Assembly (NCBI RefSeq): GCF_963921235.1
Contig: NC_086097.1
Span: forward strand, 196,232,001 to 196,296,000
Length of the DNA stretch: 64,000 nt
Direction of reading: 5' to 3'
Source of the DNA: Mobula hypostoma
Lineage: Eukaryota
In this document: positions 1 to 12,115 of the stretch, in pieces
How the letters are laid out: the number at the start of each line of letters is the position of its first letter
Position numbering within the stretch: position 1 is the stretch's first letter
The notes under the pieces: model-generated
What the model was told of the DNA's origin: nothing
The model's input: only the letters and a program-made list of their open reading frames with translations
Database searches by the model: none
Program-made: the position numbers and the translations under genes

Positions 1-1446
1 ATGTGTTGAAGACCTACAGTATGATCCTTCTAGATCTCTTAGCTTCTCCATTTCTATAGCCTTCAGCATTGATGACTTAAAAAAAGTTCACCATTGTCAG
101 TTACATCTACAGCCAACTTCCATCAATTTCTCAGATTTCCATCCTAAACCTTTCTTCCTCTATTTCTGTCATTTCATTTAAGAATGTTCCTTAAATATTA
201 ATTGTGCTCACCTGCCCTGTTCTACAGTGGCATGCAGGGCAGATTTTATTAATCATTTATTCTACCAAAACTTTTTTAGTATTCTGCAATGATTTTTATT
301 TAATTTAGATAATTATTTGGGAAGAAATTATGCAAATATATGAAAAGTGAAAAGATAAATCTGGGGCTGGTGTCACTAAAATTGAACACCGCCCCCAATT
401 TTTTCCACAACACAATGAACATCAGAGGTGGTGACAGAACATAGGGTATTTAGTGACCCCAACCAGTGACATATTTCTTGAGAAAGGAAATAGGAATTTG
501 GGTAGCATTCCTGCGTCTAAGTCATGACATTCAAGGCAGCATTGATGTTGAGTTAGATCTCATTTCCATTCATTTGCAGAGGCATGAAATGGTCTAAGAA
601 GACAAGCTACGAGGTAAAGGTGATTGACAAAATCAAAAATTGGGAGAATGAACTGGGTTGGAAGTGGGTTTAGGAGGAAGAGGAGAGACATCTGTGGTCA
701 AAAGGATATGAGTATCTGGGAGTGTGATAATCCCATTGTATTAGGTAGATCCTTTTGAAAATCCCATCACTGAATCCTATTATTATCAATATACTGTAGT
801 GATTAGTGTAGAAATAATGATGACACCATGGAAAGCATGTAGTTGCAGAATATGATGACTCTATATTTTCTATCATTTCAACTGAATATTAGATTCACTG
901 CTGGTTATTATTGAAATCATTGGTGATGTGGACTAACCTGGGTACATTTAGGAGTTGCACGTACAGAATGCAGGAGGAACGCAACAGGTCCGGCAGCATC
1001 TATAGGAAGGAATAAGCAGTCAATGTTTCAGGCTAAGCCCTTTCATCAGACCTCAGCACTTCCAGCATCTGCAGAATCTCTTGTGTTTATGTTTTTTTAG
1101 GAGTTATAATGCAAAGGAGAAGAGATGAAGAGTTTTCATTGTGCAACTCATTTACTGATCATGCATGACCAAGGTTTATGTTTTCACTATCATGTATTTG
1201 ACTTACATGAGATTTTGAATCATTTCTCTGGGGTTGAGGAACAAATTGGTTTATTGAAACCAAAGACAATTTCAATAGTTTAGTCTTTTGTCCCTGACAA
1301 AGTGACCATGATTTGTATTCTAGGTTGCCTTAATATAGAATGAATAGGTAGAATAAACATTCGCCATTTTGGGCCAATTCTGATAATTGGAACTGGAAAG
1401 GAAGGGGACAGAAGTCAGAGTAAGGAGGTGGGGGAAGGAGAACAAG

Positions 1447-2202
1447 TACAAGCTGGCAGGTGGTAGGTGAGAGCAGGTGAGAGGGAAGGTGTGTGGGTGG
1501 GTGACAGGTTACAAGCTGGCAGGTGGTAGGTGAGAGCAGGTGAGAGGGAAGGTGTGTGGGTGGGTGACAGGTTACAAGCTGGCAGGTGATAGGTGAGAGC
1601 AGGTGAGAGGGAAGGTATGTGGGTGGGTGACAGGTTACAAGCTGGCAGGTGGTAGGTGAGAGCAGGTGAGAGGGAAGGTGTGTGGGTGGGTGACAGGTTA
1701 CAAGCTGGCAGGTGGTAGGTGAGAGCAGGTGAGAGGGAAGGTGTGTGGGTGGGTGACAGGTTACAAGCTGGCAGGTGGTAGGTGAGAGCAGGTGAGAGGG
1801 AAGGTGTGTGGGTGGGTGACAGGTTACAAGCTGGCAGGTGATAGGTGAGAGCAGGTGAGAGGGAAGGTATGTGGGTGGGTGACAGGTTACAAGCTGGCAG
1901 GTGGTAGGTGAGAGCAGGTGAGAGGGAAGGTGTGTGGGTGGGTGACAGGTTACAAGCTGGCAGGTGGTAGGTGAGAGCAGGTGAGAGGGAAGGTGTGTGG
2001 GTGGGTGACAGGTTACAAGCTGGCAGGTGGTAGGTGAGAGCAGGTGAGAGGGAAGGTGTGTGGGTGGGTGACAGGTTACAAGCTGGCAGGTGGTAGGTGA
2101 GAGCAGGTGAGAGGGAAGGTGTGTGGGTGGGTGACAGGTTACAAGCTCGCAGGTGGTAGGTGAGAGCAGGTGAGAGGGAAGGTATGTGGGTGGGTGACGG
2201 GT
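1447..2202. repeat. 63-bp G-rich minisatellite, 12 copies
   Basis: Unit tacaagctggcaggtggtaggtgagagcaggtgagagggaaggtgtgtgggtgggtgacaggt starts at 1447, 1510, 1573 … 2140. Confidence 0.97.
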
Positions 2203-2651
2203 TTGAAGTAAGAAGCTAGGAATGATAGGTAGAAGAGATAAAAGGCTGAGGATGAAGGGATCTAATGAGAGAGGACAGTAGACCACAGAAGAAATAGAAG
2301 AAGAAGGGGGACTAGAGGGAGGTGATGGACAGATTAGGAGAAGGGGTGAAAGGGTAATCAGAATGGGGACTGGAAAAAGTGAGAAAGTGGGAAGGGGGAG
2401 AAATTACCAGAAGTTGGAGAAATCAATATTCATAACATCAAGTTGGAAACTATGTGGTTTTGCTCCTCCAACCTGAGTTTGGCCTCCTTCATGGTATTAG
2501 AGGAGGCCATGGGCAGACAAGTCAGAATGAGAAGTTGAATTGAAATGGACAGGCACTGGGAGATCCTACCTGTTACAAAGGACAAAGAAAAGGTACTTGA
2601 CAAAGTGGTTCCATCTGTGTTGGGCTTCATTGACGTAGAGAGGACCAGATT

Positions 2652-2944
2652 TGGGAACAGCTTCTTTCCAACTGTGATAAGACTGCTGAACGGATCCTGA
2701 CCCGGATCTGGGCCGTACCCTCCAAATATCCGGACCTGCCTCTCGGTTTTTTTGCACTACCTTACTTTCCATTTTCCTATTTTCTATTTATGATTTATAA
2801 TTTAAATTTTTATATTTACTAATTTTTAATATTTTTAATATTTAATAATTGTAATCCAGGAACGGGAAGCGCGGAATCAAATATCGCTGTGATGATTGTA
2901 TGTTCTAGTATCAATTGTTTGGCAACAATAAAGTATAAAGTATA
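2652..2944 (+). mobile_element. LINE 3' end (Rex1/Babar- or L2-like) inserted in the PLE fragment
   Basis: ORF2 C-terminal-like 'aacagcttctttccaactgtgataagactgctgaac' (NSFFPTVIRLLN), AT-rich 3' UTR, then aataaagtataaagtata tail. Confidence 0.65.
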
Positions 2945-3436
2945 CATTAGATGACGTAACAGATTTGCAGCTGAAGTGTCGCCTCCCCTGAAAGGATGGT
3001 TTGGGGCCCTGAATGGTGGTGAGGGAGGAGGTGTAAGGGCACGTGCAGCATTTGTCACACTGGCAGAATAAGTGCCAAGAGGGAAATCTGTAGGGAGGGA
3101 CAAGTGGATGTTGGATCTCTGTTTATTTTCTGATCCTTAATGTTCTTCCAGAAGTCAAGGATGCCTTAATTCTAAGATTTCAGCTTAAACAAACATAAAA
3201 ATACAAAACAATCTCAATAAACAGCTGAAAAACGATGCTAAGGGATGTAAGACAAAGGAGTAAAGAAGCCAATAAAAGCCAGGATGGCACCTCTGAAAAA
3301 CCTATCACTTTTATAGATAAGAAAAGAGAAATTTCTTAGATAGGAATGAATTAGTTAAAAGGCTGCATAATTAAAACAATTACATCACGTGGGTATGTGC
3401 TAATACTAATGCAATGAAAAATGAGGATGGTGGTAA

Positions 3437-5755
3437 ACCACAAACAAGAGAAAATCTGCAAGTGTTGGAAATCCAAGCAACATACACAAAAGGCTGGAGG
3501 AACTCAGCAGGCCAGGCAGCATCTATGGACGGCCGACATTTTGGGCCGAAACCCTTCAGCAGGACTGGAGAAAAAAAGCTGAGGAGTAGATTTGAAAGGT
3601 GGGGGAGGGGAAAGAGAAACACCAGGTGATAGGTGAAACTTAGAGGGGGAGGGATGAAGCAAAGAGCTTTGAAGTTGATTGGTGAAAGAGACAGAAGGCC
3701 ATGGAAGAAGGAAAAAAGGCAGGGGGAACACCAGAGGGAGGCGATGGGCAGGTGGGCGGGCAAGGAGATAACATGAGAGAGGGAAAAGGAGATTGGAAAT
3801 GGTGAGGGGGGGGTGAGCAAGACATTACTGGAAGTTTGAAAAAACAACGTTCATGCCATCAGGTTGGAGGCTACCCAAATGGAATATAAGGTGTTGTTCC
3901 TCCAACCTAAGTGTGGCATTATCATGACAGTGGAGGAGGCCATGGATGGACATATTGGAATGGGAATGGGAATGGGAAGTGGAATTAAAATGGGTGGCCA
4001 CTTAGAGATCCCGCTTGTTCTGGCAGATGGAGCATAGATGCTCGGCGAAGTGGTCTCCCAATCTATGTCATGTCTCACCGATATACAGGAGGCCACACCA
4101 GGAGCACCAAACACAGTATATGACCCCAACAGACTCACAGGTGAGGTGTTAACTCACCTGGAAGGACTGTTTGGGGCCATGAATGGTAGTAAGGGAGAAG
4201 GTGTAGGGGCAGATGTAGCACTTGTTCCGCTTGCAAGGATAAGTGCCAGGAGGGAGATCAGTGGGGAGGGACAAATGGACAAGAGGGTCGTGTAGGGAGC
4301 AACTCCTGCAGAAAGCAGGCAGTGGAGTTGAGGGAAAGATGTGTTTGGTGGTGGGATCCAGTTGGAGTTGGCAGAAGTTTTGGAGAATTATGTGCTGGAC
4401 ACGGAGGCTGGTGGGGTGGTAAGTGAGAACAAGAGGAACCCTATCCCTGGTAGGGTGGTGGGAGGATGGAGTGACAGCAGACATGTGTGAAATGGAAGAG
4501 ATGCAGTTGAGGGCAGTGTTGATGGTGGATGAATGGAAGCCCCTTTCTTTGAAAAGGAAGATATCTCCTTCGTTCCAGAAAAGCCCCATCCTGAGAGCAG
4601 ATGCGGCGGAGACGGAGGAGGGGATGGTGTGTTTACAAGTAACTGGGCGTGGGGGGAGAGGTATAGTCCAAGTAGCTGTGAGAGTCTGTGGGTTTATAAT
4701 AGATATCAGTGGATAAGCTGTCTCCAGAGATAGAGACAGAGAGATCGAGAAAGGGGAGGGAGGTATCGGAAATTGTCCAGGTGAATTTGAGGGCAGGGTG
4801 GATGAAATCGACAAGTGCAACACGGATACAGGAAGCAGCGCCAATGCAGTCGTTGATGTAGCATAGGAAAAGTGCAGGACGGTCACCAGTGTGGGCTTGG
4901 AGCATGGCTGAGACCCATGTGAGTGCCCACGGCTACCCCTTTTGTTTGAAGGAAGTGGGAGGAGCCAAAGGAGAAATTATTTAGAGTGAGGACAAGTTCC
5001 ACTAGGCTGAGGAGTGGTGGTGGAGGGGAACTAGTTGTGTCCGGTGTCCAGAAAGAAATGGAGAGCTTTGAGGCCTTCCTGGTGGGGGATGGAGGTGTAT
5101 AGGGACTGGACATCCATAGTAAAAATAAGATGATGGGGGCCAGGGAACCTGAATTCCTTGAAAAGATCAAGAGTGTGTGAGGTGTCACAGATGTAGGTAG
5201 AAAGGGACTGAACTGGGGGGATAAAACAGAGTCAAGCTATGCCAATATGAGTTCAGTGGGGCAGAAACAAGCTGAAAAAATGGGTCTACCTTGACAAGTA
5301 GGTTTGTGGATTTTGGGTAAGAGGTAGAAGCGGGAGGTGTGGGGTGCAGGAACTATCAGGTTGGTAGTGCTGGATGGGAGATCCCCAGAGTTGATAAGAT
5401 TGGTGATGGTGTGGGAAACAATGGCCTGGTGCTCCTTAGTGGGGTCCTGTTCGAGGGATAAGTAAGAGGAGGTGTGTGAGAGTCGGTGCTGGGCCTCAGC
5501 AAGGTAGAGGTCAGTACACCAGACTACTCCAGCACCCCCCTTATCTGCGGGTTTGATGGTGTGGTTAGGATTAATGCAGAGGGAACGGAGAGCCGAGCAT
5601 TCAGAAGCAGTGAGGTTGAAATAGGAGAGAAGAGTGTTAAAGTCTAGACAGTTAATGTCCCGTTGGCAGTTGGCAGTGAAAGGGTCCAGAACAGGCAGAA
5701 GACCAGGGCGGAGGTAAACCACTTCTGCCAGTGAGTGGGGATGAACCACCACATA
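3437..5755 (-). mobile_element. 5'-truncated, degenerate Penelope-like retroelement (RT + GIY-YIG)
   Basis: Frameshifted ORFs with PLE RT motifs IKPADKGG, FYLLPKIHK, LTLNNFSF…QTKGVAVG, YINDCIG, LPFLDLSV, YYKPTDSHSYLDY and the Cys motif CKRNKCYICP; terminal repeat with a decayed hammerhead at ~3533-3567. Confidence 0.9.
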
Positions 5756-5954
5756 CTGTGAAAAATACATGAGTTTGTTAAAAAGTACAACTCTTATAAA
5801 GAGTATTATTTTTTAAAGAACAGTGGTTTCCAACAAGGGCAAGGGTTGTCATGTACAGACAGAGTGGAAGAGTCCATTTTGCACTCGTTTGTAAGTCCTT
5901 AGATCTACAAGCTGAGAAATTTTAATCAGGATTCAATTATGGTAGCATAAATCA

Positions 5955-6230
5955 GGGGTGCCACGTAGCATAGTGGTTACTGCGATGCTATTACAGAACA
6001 GGGTATCAGAGCTCAGAGTTCAATTCCAACGTCGGCTATAAGGAATCCTGATTTTCTCTGGGTGTTCCCATTTCCTTCCACAGTTCAAATACAAACCATT
6101 TCGTAGATTAATTGGTCACTGTAAATTGTCCTGTGATTAGGCTGGGGTTGTATTGGGGGTTGCTGGGGCAGCATGGCTCAAGGAGCTGGAAGGGTCTACC
6201 CGATACTAAATCTCTAAATAAATAAATAAT
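5955..6230 (+). mobile_element. tRNA-derived V-SINE (HE1-like)
   Basis: A-box-like tagcatagtgg, B-box-like gttcaattcc, V-domain-like ttctctgggtgttcccatttccttccaca, (taaa)n tail. Confidence 0.7.
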
Positions 6231-7195
6231 CATTCTCAAGTCAGTCGAAGAGTTGCTAAGCATGCTAGAACATGAATAAATGTCGAACCCCAGCTCTACA
6301 ATTCTTAAGAGCTGGGATCAGCGTCTAAATGAAACTTTTATGGGTCTTGTCACAGAATTGCGACTGATTAAACACAAGAGTAAAGTAGTTTGCAGAGGAT
6401 GGTACATGGTGGCATTTCTTATAGAATTCTAGATCTGCTAACTCAAAGGAGGCTCTTCAGTGACAAAGGTCTGAATCGTAAGCTGATACTTGATATGTTC
6501 AGGTGACGGAAATGGTGGTAGAGTACGCTCATCAACAGTGAAGGCCAAAGTGTTAGCAACTTGGGGCCTAGCTCTGTTGCATATTCTGGATAAGGGAAGA
6601 ATGACCTGAAGAGGAGTTGTTAACATTGAGGCAGTGTTCAAGCCAATGACTAAAGACATAAAGCACCTGTGGTCTTAACAGACATCTATCAACAGTTGTT
6701 TAAAAACAAAACAATCACTTACTCAGACAACCAAGTAACATGAGGCCTATCGGATAGAACAGCAAATGGCCTGAGCTCAGTGATGAACATGGGGACCTAA
6801 ATGGATCATAGAGAACATTTCACTGTTAAAGGTCAAGTGAACTTTTTTAATATATGGAAGAAAATAGAGTGCTTACCTATTGGTAAGATGTGAGTAGGAA
6901 TGTAACAGCATTGGCTAATTGATTCACTGAATTTCAAGGGATCATCTGCTTTCCTTTGCACCTATTTGGGGAAAAGATCAGCATGACAGGACTGTGTTGG
7001 CAGTGGTAAAAGTGAAGCAGAGCTCCCACTTCTGACTGTCCAAGTCAAGGATACAAGCTAGTAAGCCAGGACTGGCTATCAAAAAATAAATAAAATTATG
7101 CAATTCCACATCACCTAAACAAATATCCCATGGTTAGTTCAACAATATTCAACTTATGAAAGCCAAGATACACCCAAATGGGAATGTTACATTTC

Positions 7196-7372
7196 TTAAA
7201 CGAGAGAAAATCTGCAGATGCTGGAAATCCGGGCAACACACACAAAATGTTGGAGGAACTCAGTAGGCCAGGCAGCATCTATGGAAAAGAGTATAGTCGA
7301 CGTTTTGGGCCAAAACCCTTCATCAGGACTGGAGATAAAAAGTTGAGGAGTCAGAGTTAGAAGGTGGGGGCA
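7196..7372 (-). mobile_element. PLE terminal-repeat fragment with hammerhead remnant
   Basis: - strand ccagtcCTGATGAagggttttggcccAAAAcgtcgact (G12>A) plus the conserved gatgctgcctggcctactgagttcctcc tail. Confidence 0.8.
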
Positions 7373-9855
7373 GGGTCTACATGTCTGTACATCAGATTTC
7401 ACTCTGAGAGTACACACTGTATGTAGTTTCAGAACAGAAATGGAAACCTGAGTACGTGTGTCAAAATGATCTTGGACTTGATGAAGCGAGAGCCTAGTAC
7501 TACTATGTCTAGTAGACAAGAGAAGCAAGAGGAACAACACAACAATAGAGAGCATAATCAGTGTTTCAGAATAGGTGAGTATACTTTGGAACCAGAAATG
7601 TCCTTATATTCTGAAAGTGATGTAATGAAAGAGACCACAAGAAGTTTCCACTTGCAGCTAATTTTTCTGTTGTTCTCTATAAAGTTCAAAGTACTTTTTA
7701 TTATCAAAGTATGTAAACTTTATACAACCTTGAGATTCATCTCCTTACAGGTGTCAATATTACCCCAACAGAGCACATGAACAACGAAAGAAGACAGTCA
7801 AACACCCAGTGTGTGGAGAGAGAGAAAAAAAACAAATCATGCAAACAATTAAAGCAAGCAAAGAACACTCAGCACTTCAGTTCGCAAAGCCAGGTATCAC
7901 CGCAGCTGATCCAGAAGTCTGCTAGTTGCAGGCCACAGCCTCAGTGCATCACAAATTCGAGCAAACAGGGCAAGAAGGATCAAATTGTTAATAGGAAGAT
8001 GTTAGTTTTACAACTTTTTTGTGAACATTGGACTTCTTTGAAGGTGCTTTATGTATTTAAATACTGGGTTGAGCAATAGATTGATGTCAGACAAATAAGT
8101 TATTGTCTCTCAGTTCCATTTGTCAATTTAGCATAAGATACAAAATTGAAAAATTAAGCACAGAAGGAGGCAATTTAGTCCATCATGGGGTGCTAACACT
8201 TTGCTGTAGAAATCCAAACTTTTTCTTTGGCTTTATGACTATATTTGAAAGTCATTAGAGCTGACATATGACAAATATGAGAATGATATAAAAATGCCAA
8301 GTGAGACACTCATTATAAAGACTTCAGAGTAATTGAGGAGAAAAGGTCTGCTTGACAGTACAGATCTTCTTGAAGAAATTTCCAGCTACATCAATGGAAT
8401 GAGAAACATAATATTTCAGTTCTGAGACTGACCTGGGAGAATAACTGCATCTCCTTCTGTAGCTGCTCTCTGACCTACTGAGTTTTTCCAGCATTGTCTG
8501 CTTTCATTTCAGATTTCAAGCATCTACAGTGTTTTGACCTTCATTGTGGAAGTTTCAGTGGCAACCAAGAACATCGAATATTGAAGAAGCAATTCAGATA
8601 CAGTCGGCTAAATTTTTAGGTAACAAATATCAGATGTGGAAGGAAAATAAAACAATGACAGTTTTACAGCAAGATCCAAAAATAAAAGATGATGAATGCA
8701 AACTGGGATCACAAGCAAAACCACAGATGAGTTAAAGGTGGGATGTTGAGAAAACACTGAAAAAGATTTCTGATGATTCTAGTTCTGCTTCAGAAACCTG
8801 AGCACAAGTCTAAGTCAACAATTCAGTGCAGTACTGAGGAAGTGTTGTTCTGATGCTGGTGCAGTATCAAAGTAAATTTATTATCAAAGTACCTATATGC
8901 CACCATAAACTACCTTGAGTATCATTTTCTTGAAGGCATTTACAGCACAAAAAAAAACACAACACAATTTTATGAAAATTATACATAAACAGACAGATTG
9001 AGAAACAACAAATGTCGAAAAGGACAAACTGTACAAATAATTTACCAAATATATTACATAATGCTGTACATAATTATAAGTATACATAATATAATCCATA
9101 ATATGTTACACCAAACTAAAGCCTCATCTATTTTCCCAGATGAAAATAAACCATAAGATTACTTCAACAAAAAGTAGCGTCATGGACAATATTAATCCTG
9201 CAATGAAACATATCTTTAAAATATACACTGGGCCAAATCTTGCTGATGTGGTCTCCTTGCAAATGTAGTATCCTACTCTTGAAGAAGTGCAACTAAGTCA
9301 CAGCATTGTTTGGAAAAAATATTCGAGCTATGGAACAGTAGCAAGGGAGGAAGTGGAAAGACTATTGTAGCACCTCTTGGGATTGTGTAGGAAGGTCTGT
9401 GATCCAAAAGCAATGTACTGAAGAAACATTCTTCCACATCTGTCTCTCGCAGTCCCTTCCCATTAATCTGAAATGTTAACTCTATTTCTCCCTTTATTTG
9501 TTGGATGGCTTCTGCTCCTGTTGCAATGAGAGCTGAGATATTAGCCGTTGGATAGTTTGAACGATTGAATCTGAAGTTATCCATTACTTCCTTGCTGAAA
9601 AGAGAGATGACCAAGTTCCAAACTTTCTGCTCAAAACTGTTTGGATTCTACTACATATGAGCCCTCTGGCCATTCAAGGGGCTGCTATTAGCTCTACCAT
9701 CTGTTCAGTGAACTCACCATGTGCCGACCCTTCCTTGAAGAGAAGTTCCACAATATGCAAAGAGTGCATCTGAATTAGTGGCTTTGACTGTCAGCTCAGT
9801 GGATGATATACTGTTACACTTGCTCTCCTTCCACTCAATGGCCATCTAACTGCAA

Positions 9856-12115
9856 CATCACTGACCTTATTAACTCTGGGGATCTCCCATCCACTGTCAC
9901 CAACCTCATAGTTCTCTCACCCTGCATCTCCCATTTCTACCTCCTACCCAAGATCCATAAACCTGCCTGTCCAGGTAGACCCATTGTTTCTGCTTGTTCC
10001 TGCCCCTCTGAACTTATATTTGTACACCTCAACTCTGTTTTATCCCCCCGGTTCAGTCCATTCCTACCTGCATCCATGACACTTCACACATTCTGGATCT
10101 TTTGAATAACTTCAAGTTCCCTGGCTCCAGTCATCTCATTTTCCCCTGTCCCTACACACCTTGAACCCTCATCAGGAGGGCCTTAAGGTTCTCAGCTTCT
10201 TTATAGACAACAAACAACTTGTTCCCCTCCACCACCACTTTCCTCTATCTGGCGGAACTGGTCCTCAAACTCAATAATTTCTCTTTCTGTTTCCTTTAAA
10301 CCAAAAGCATAGCTATGGGCACTCGCGTGGGTCCCCATTATGCCTGCCTTTTTGTCGGTTATGTAGAACAGTCTATGTTCCAAGCCTACACTGGTATCAC
10401 TACCCAACTTTTCCTACACTACATCGACGACTGCATTGGTGCTGCTTCCTGCACCCATGCTGAGCTTATCGACTTCATCAGCTTTGCCTCCAACTTTTGC
10501 CCTGCCCTCAAATTTACCTGGCCCATTTCCAACATCTTCCTCCCCTTTCTCAATCTCCCCAGCTCTATCTCTGGAGACAGCTTATCTACTGATATCGTTT
10601 ACAAACCCACTGATTCTCACAGATACCTAGACAATACCTCTTCCCACCCTGTCATTTGTGAAAATGCCATCCCCTTCTCTCAATTCCTCTGTCTCCACTG
10701 CATCTGCTCTCTGGATGAGGCTTTTCATTTCAGAACTATTGAGATCTCCTCCTTCTTCAAAGAAAGGGGCTTCCCTTCCTCCACTATCAATGCTGCCCTC
10801 AACCGCATCTCCTCCATTTCCTGCAGGACTGCCTTCACCCCATCATTGCACCACCCCATCATCGCACCACCACATCAGGGATAGGGCTTCACTTGTCCTC
10901 ACCTACCACTGAACTAGCCTCCATGACCAGCATATAATTCTCTGTAACTTCCGCCATCTCCAATAAGATCTCACCACCAAGCACATCTTTCCCTCCCCCC
11001 ACCCCCGCCCCATTTTCCATTTTTCACAGGGATCTCTCTCTCTTGTCTATTCATTCCTCCACAAAGATATCCCTGCAGGTACTTAATCTTGCAAGAGGAA
11101 CAAATGCATTCCTGCCCCTCCACCTCCTCCCTCACTACCATTCAGGGCCCCAAACAATCCTTCCAGGTGAAGCACCACTTCACCTGAGTCTCGACTGTGT
11201 CCGGTGCTCCCAGTGTGGCCTCCTATATATCAGTGAGACATGAAGACCGCTTCACGAAGGATCTCCTGAGGGCCACCCATTTCAATTCCATTTCCCGTTA
11301 CTATTCCGATATGTCAGTCCATGGCCTCATCTACTGCGGCAATGAGGTCACATGCAGGCTGGAGGAGCAACACCTTATATTCCATCTGGGTAGCCTCCTA
11401 CCTGATGGCATGAACATCAATTTCTCAAACTTCCTGTAATTGGCCCCCCCCGCCCCTTCACTATTCCCCCATTCCTGTTTCCCTCTCTCATCTTATCTCC
11501 TTACCTGTCCATCACCTCCATCTGGTCCTCCTCTCCCTTCCCTTTCTTCCATGGTCTTCTATCCTCTCATATCAGATTCCCCCTTCTTCAACACTTTATC
11601 TCTTTCACCAATCAACTTCCCTGCTCTTTACTTCACCCTTCCCCCTCTCCCGCTTCACCTATCCCCTACCACCTTGTACCTTTTCCTCCTTTCCCTCCCC
11701 CCCCCACCTTCTTGCTCTAATTTCTCATAATTTTTTTCCAGTCCTGATGAAGGGTCTCGGGCCGAAACATCAAAACATCGAAACATTGACTGCAACACAC
11801 ATAAAAGTTGCTGGTGAGCGCAGCAAGCAAGGCAGCATCTCTAGGAAGAAGTACAGTCGACGTTTCGGGCCGAGACCCTTCGTCAGGACTAACTGAAAGA
11901 AGAGCTAGTAAGAGATTTGAAAGTGGGAGGGGGAGGGGGAGAAGCATCGACTGTACCTCATCCTAGAGATGCTGCCTGGCCTGCTGCGTTCACCAGCAAC
12001 TTTTATGTGTGTTGCTTGAAATTCCAGCATCTGCAGATTTCCTCGTGTGAAACATCAACTGCACTCTTTTCCGTAGATGCTGCCTAGCCTGCTGAGATCC
12101 TGCAACATTTTGTTT
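9856..12115 (+). mobile_element. 5'-truncated Penelope-like retroelement with a second PLE fragment inserted in its terminal repeat
   Basis: ORF pieces FYLLPKIHKP, MGTRVGPHYACLF, YIDDCIG, YKPTDSH, CSQCGLLYISET, LEEQHLIFHLG; terminal repeat 11740-11794 resumes at 12049. Confidence 0.9.
11855..11890 (-). ncRNA. Minimal type I hammerhead ribozyme (PLE-associated), intact core
   Basis: - strand AGUC CUGACGA A GGGU-CUCG-GCCC GAAA CGUC/GACU: stem I AGUC:GACU, core CUGANGA and GAAA, stem II hairpin, palindromic ACGU stem III, GUC cleavage triplet. Confidence 0.8.

Larger units (their letters stand above)
1390..3110 (-). mobile_element. Penelope-like element (PLE) 3' fragment, interrupted by a minisatellite and a LINE tail
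   Basis: 2400-2645 and 2945-3110 match the GIY-YIG/C-terminal region of the other PLE copies in the window (…RLEEQ…, SLPTDFPLGTY). Boundaries approximate. Confidence 0.75.

Noticed and set aside
1330..2286. 318-aa Pro/His/Cys-rich ORF, and a possible CRISPR-like array
   Set aside because: It is the translation of a stop-free 63-bp minisatellite. The units have no unique spacers and the context is eukaryotic.
9273..9614. 113-aa ORF in apparently unique sequence
   Set aside because: No recognisable motif or splice-bounded frame, so it cannot be supported.
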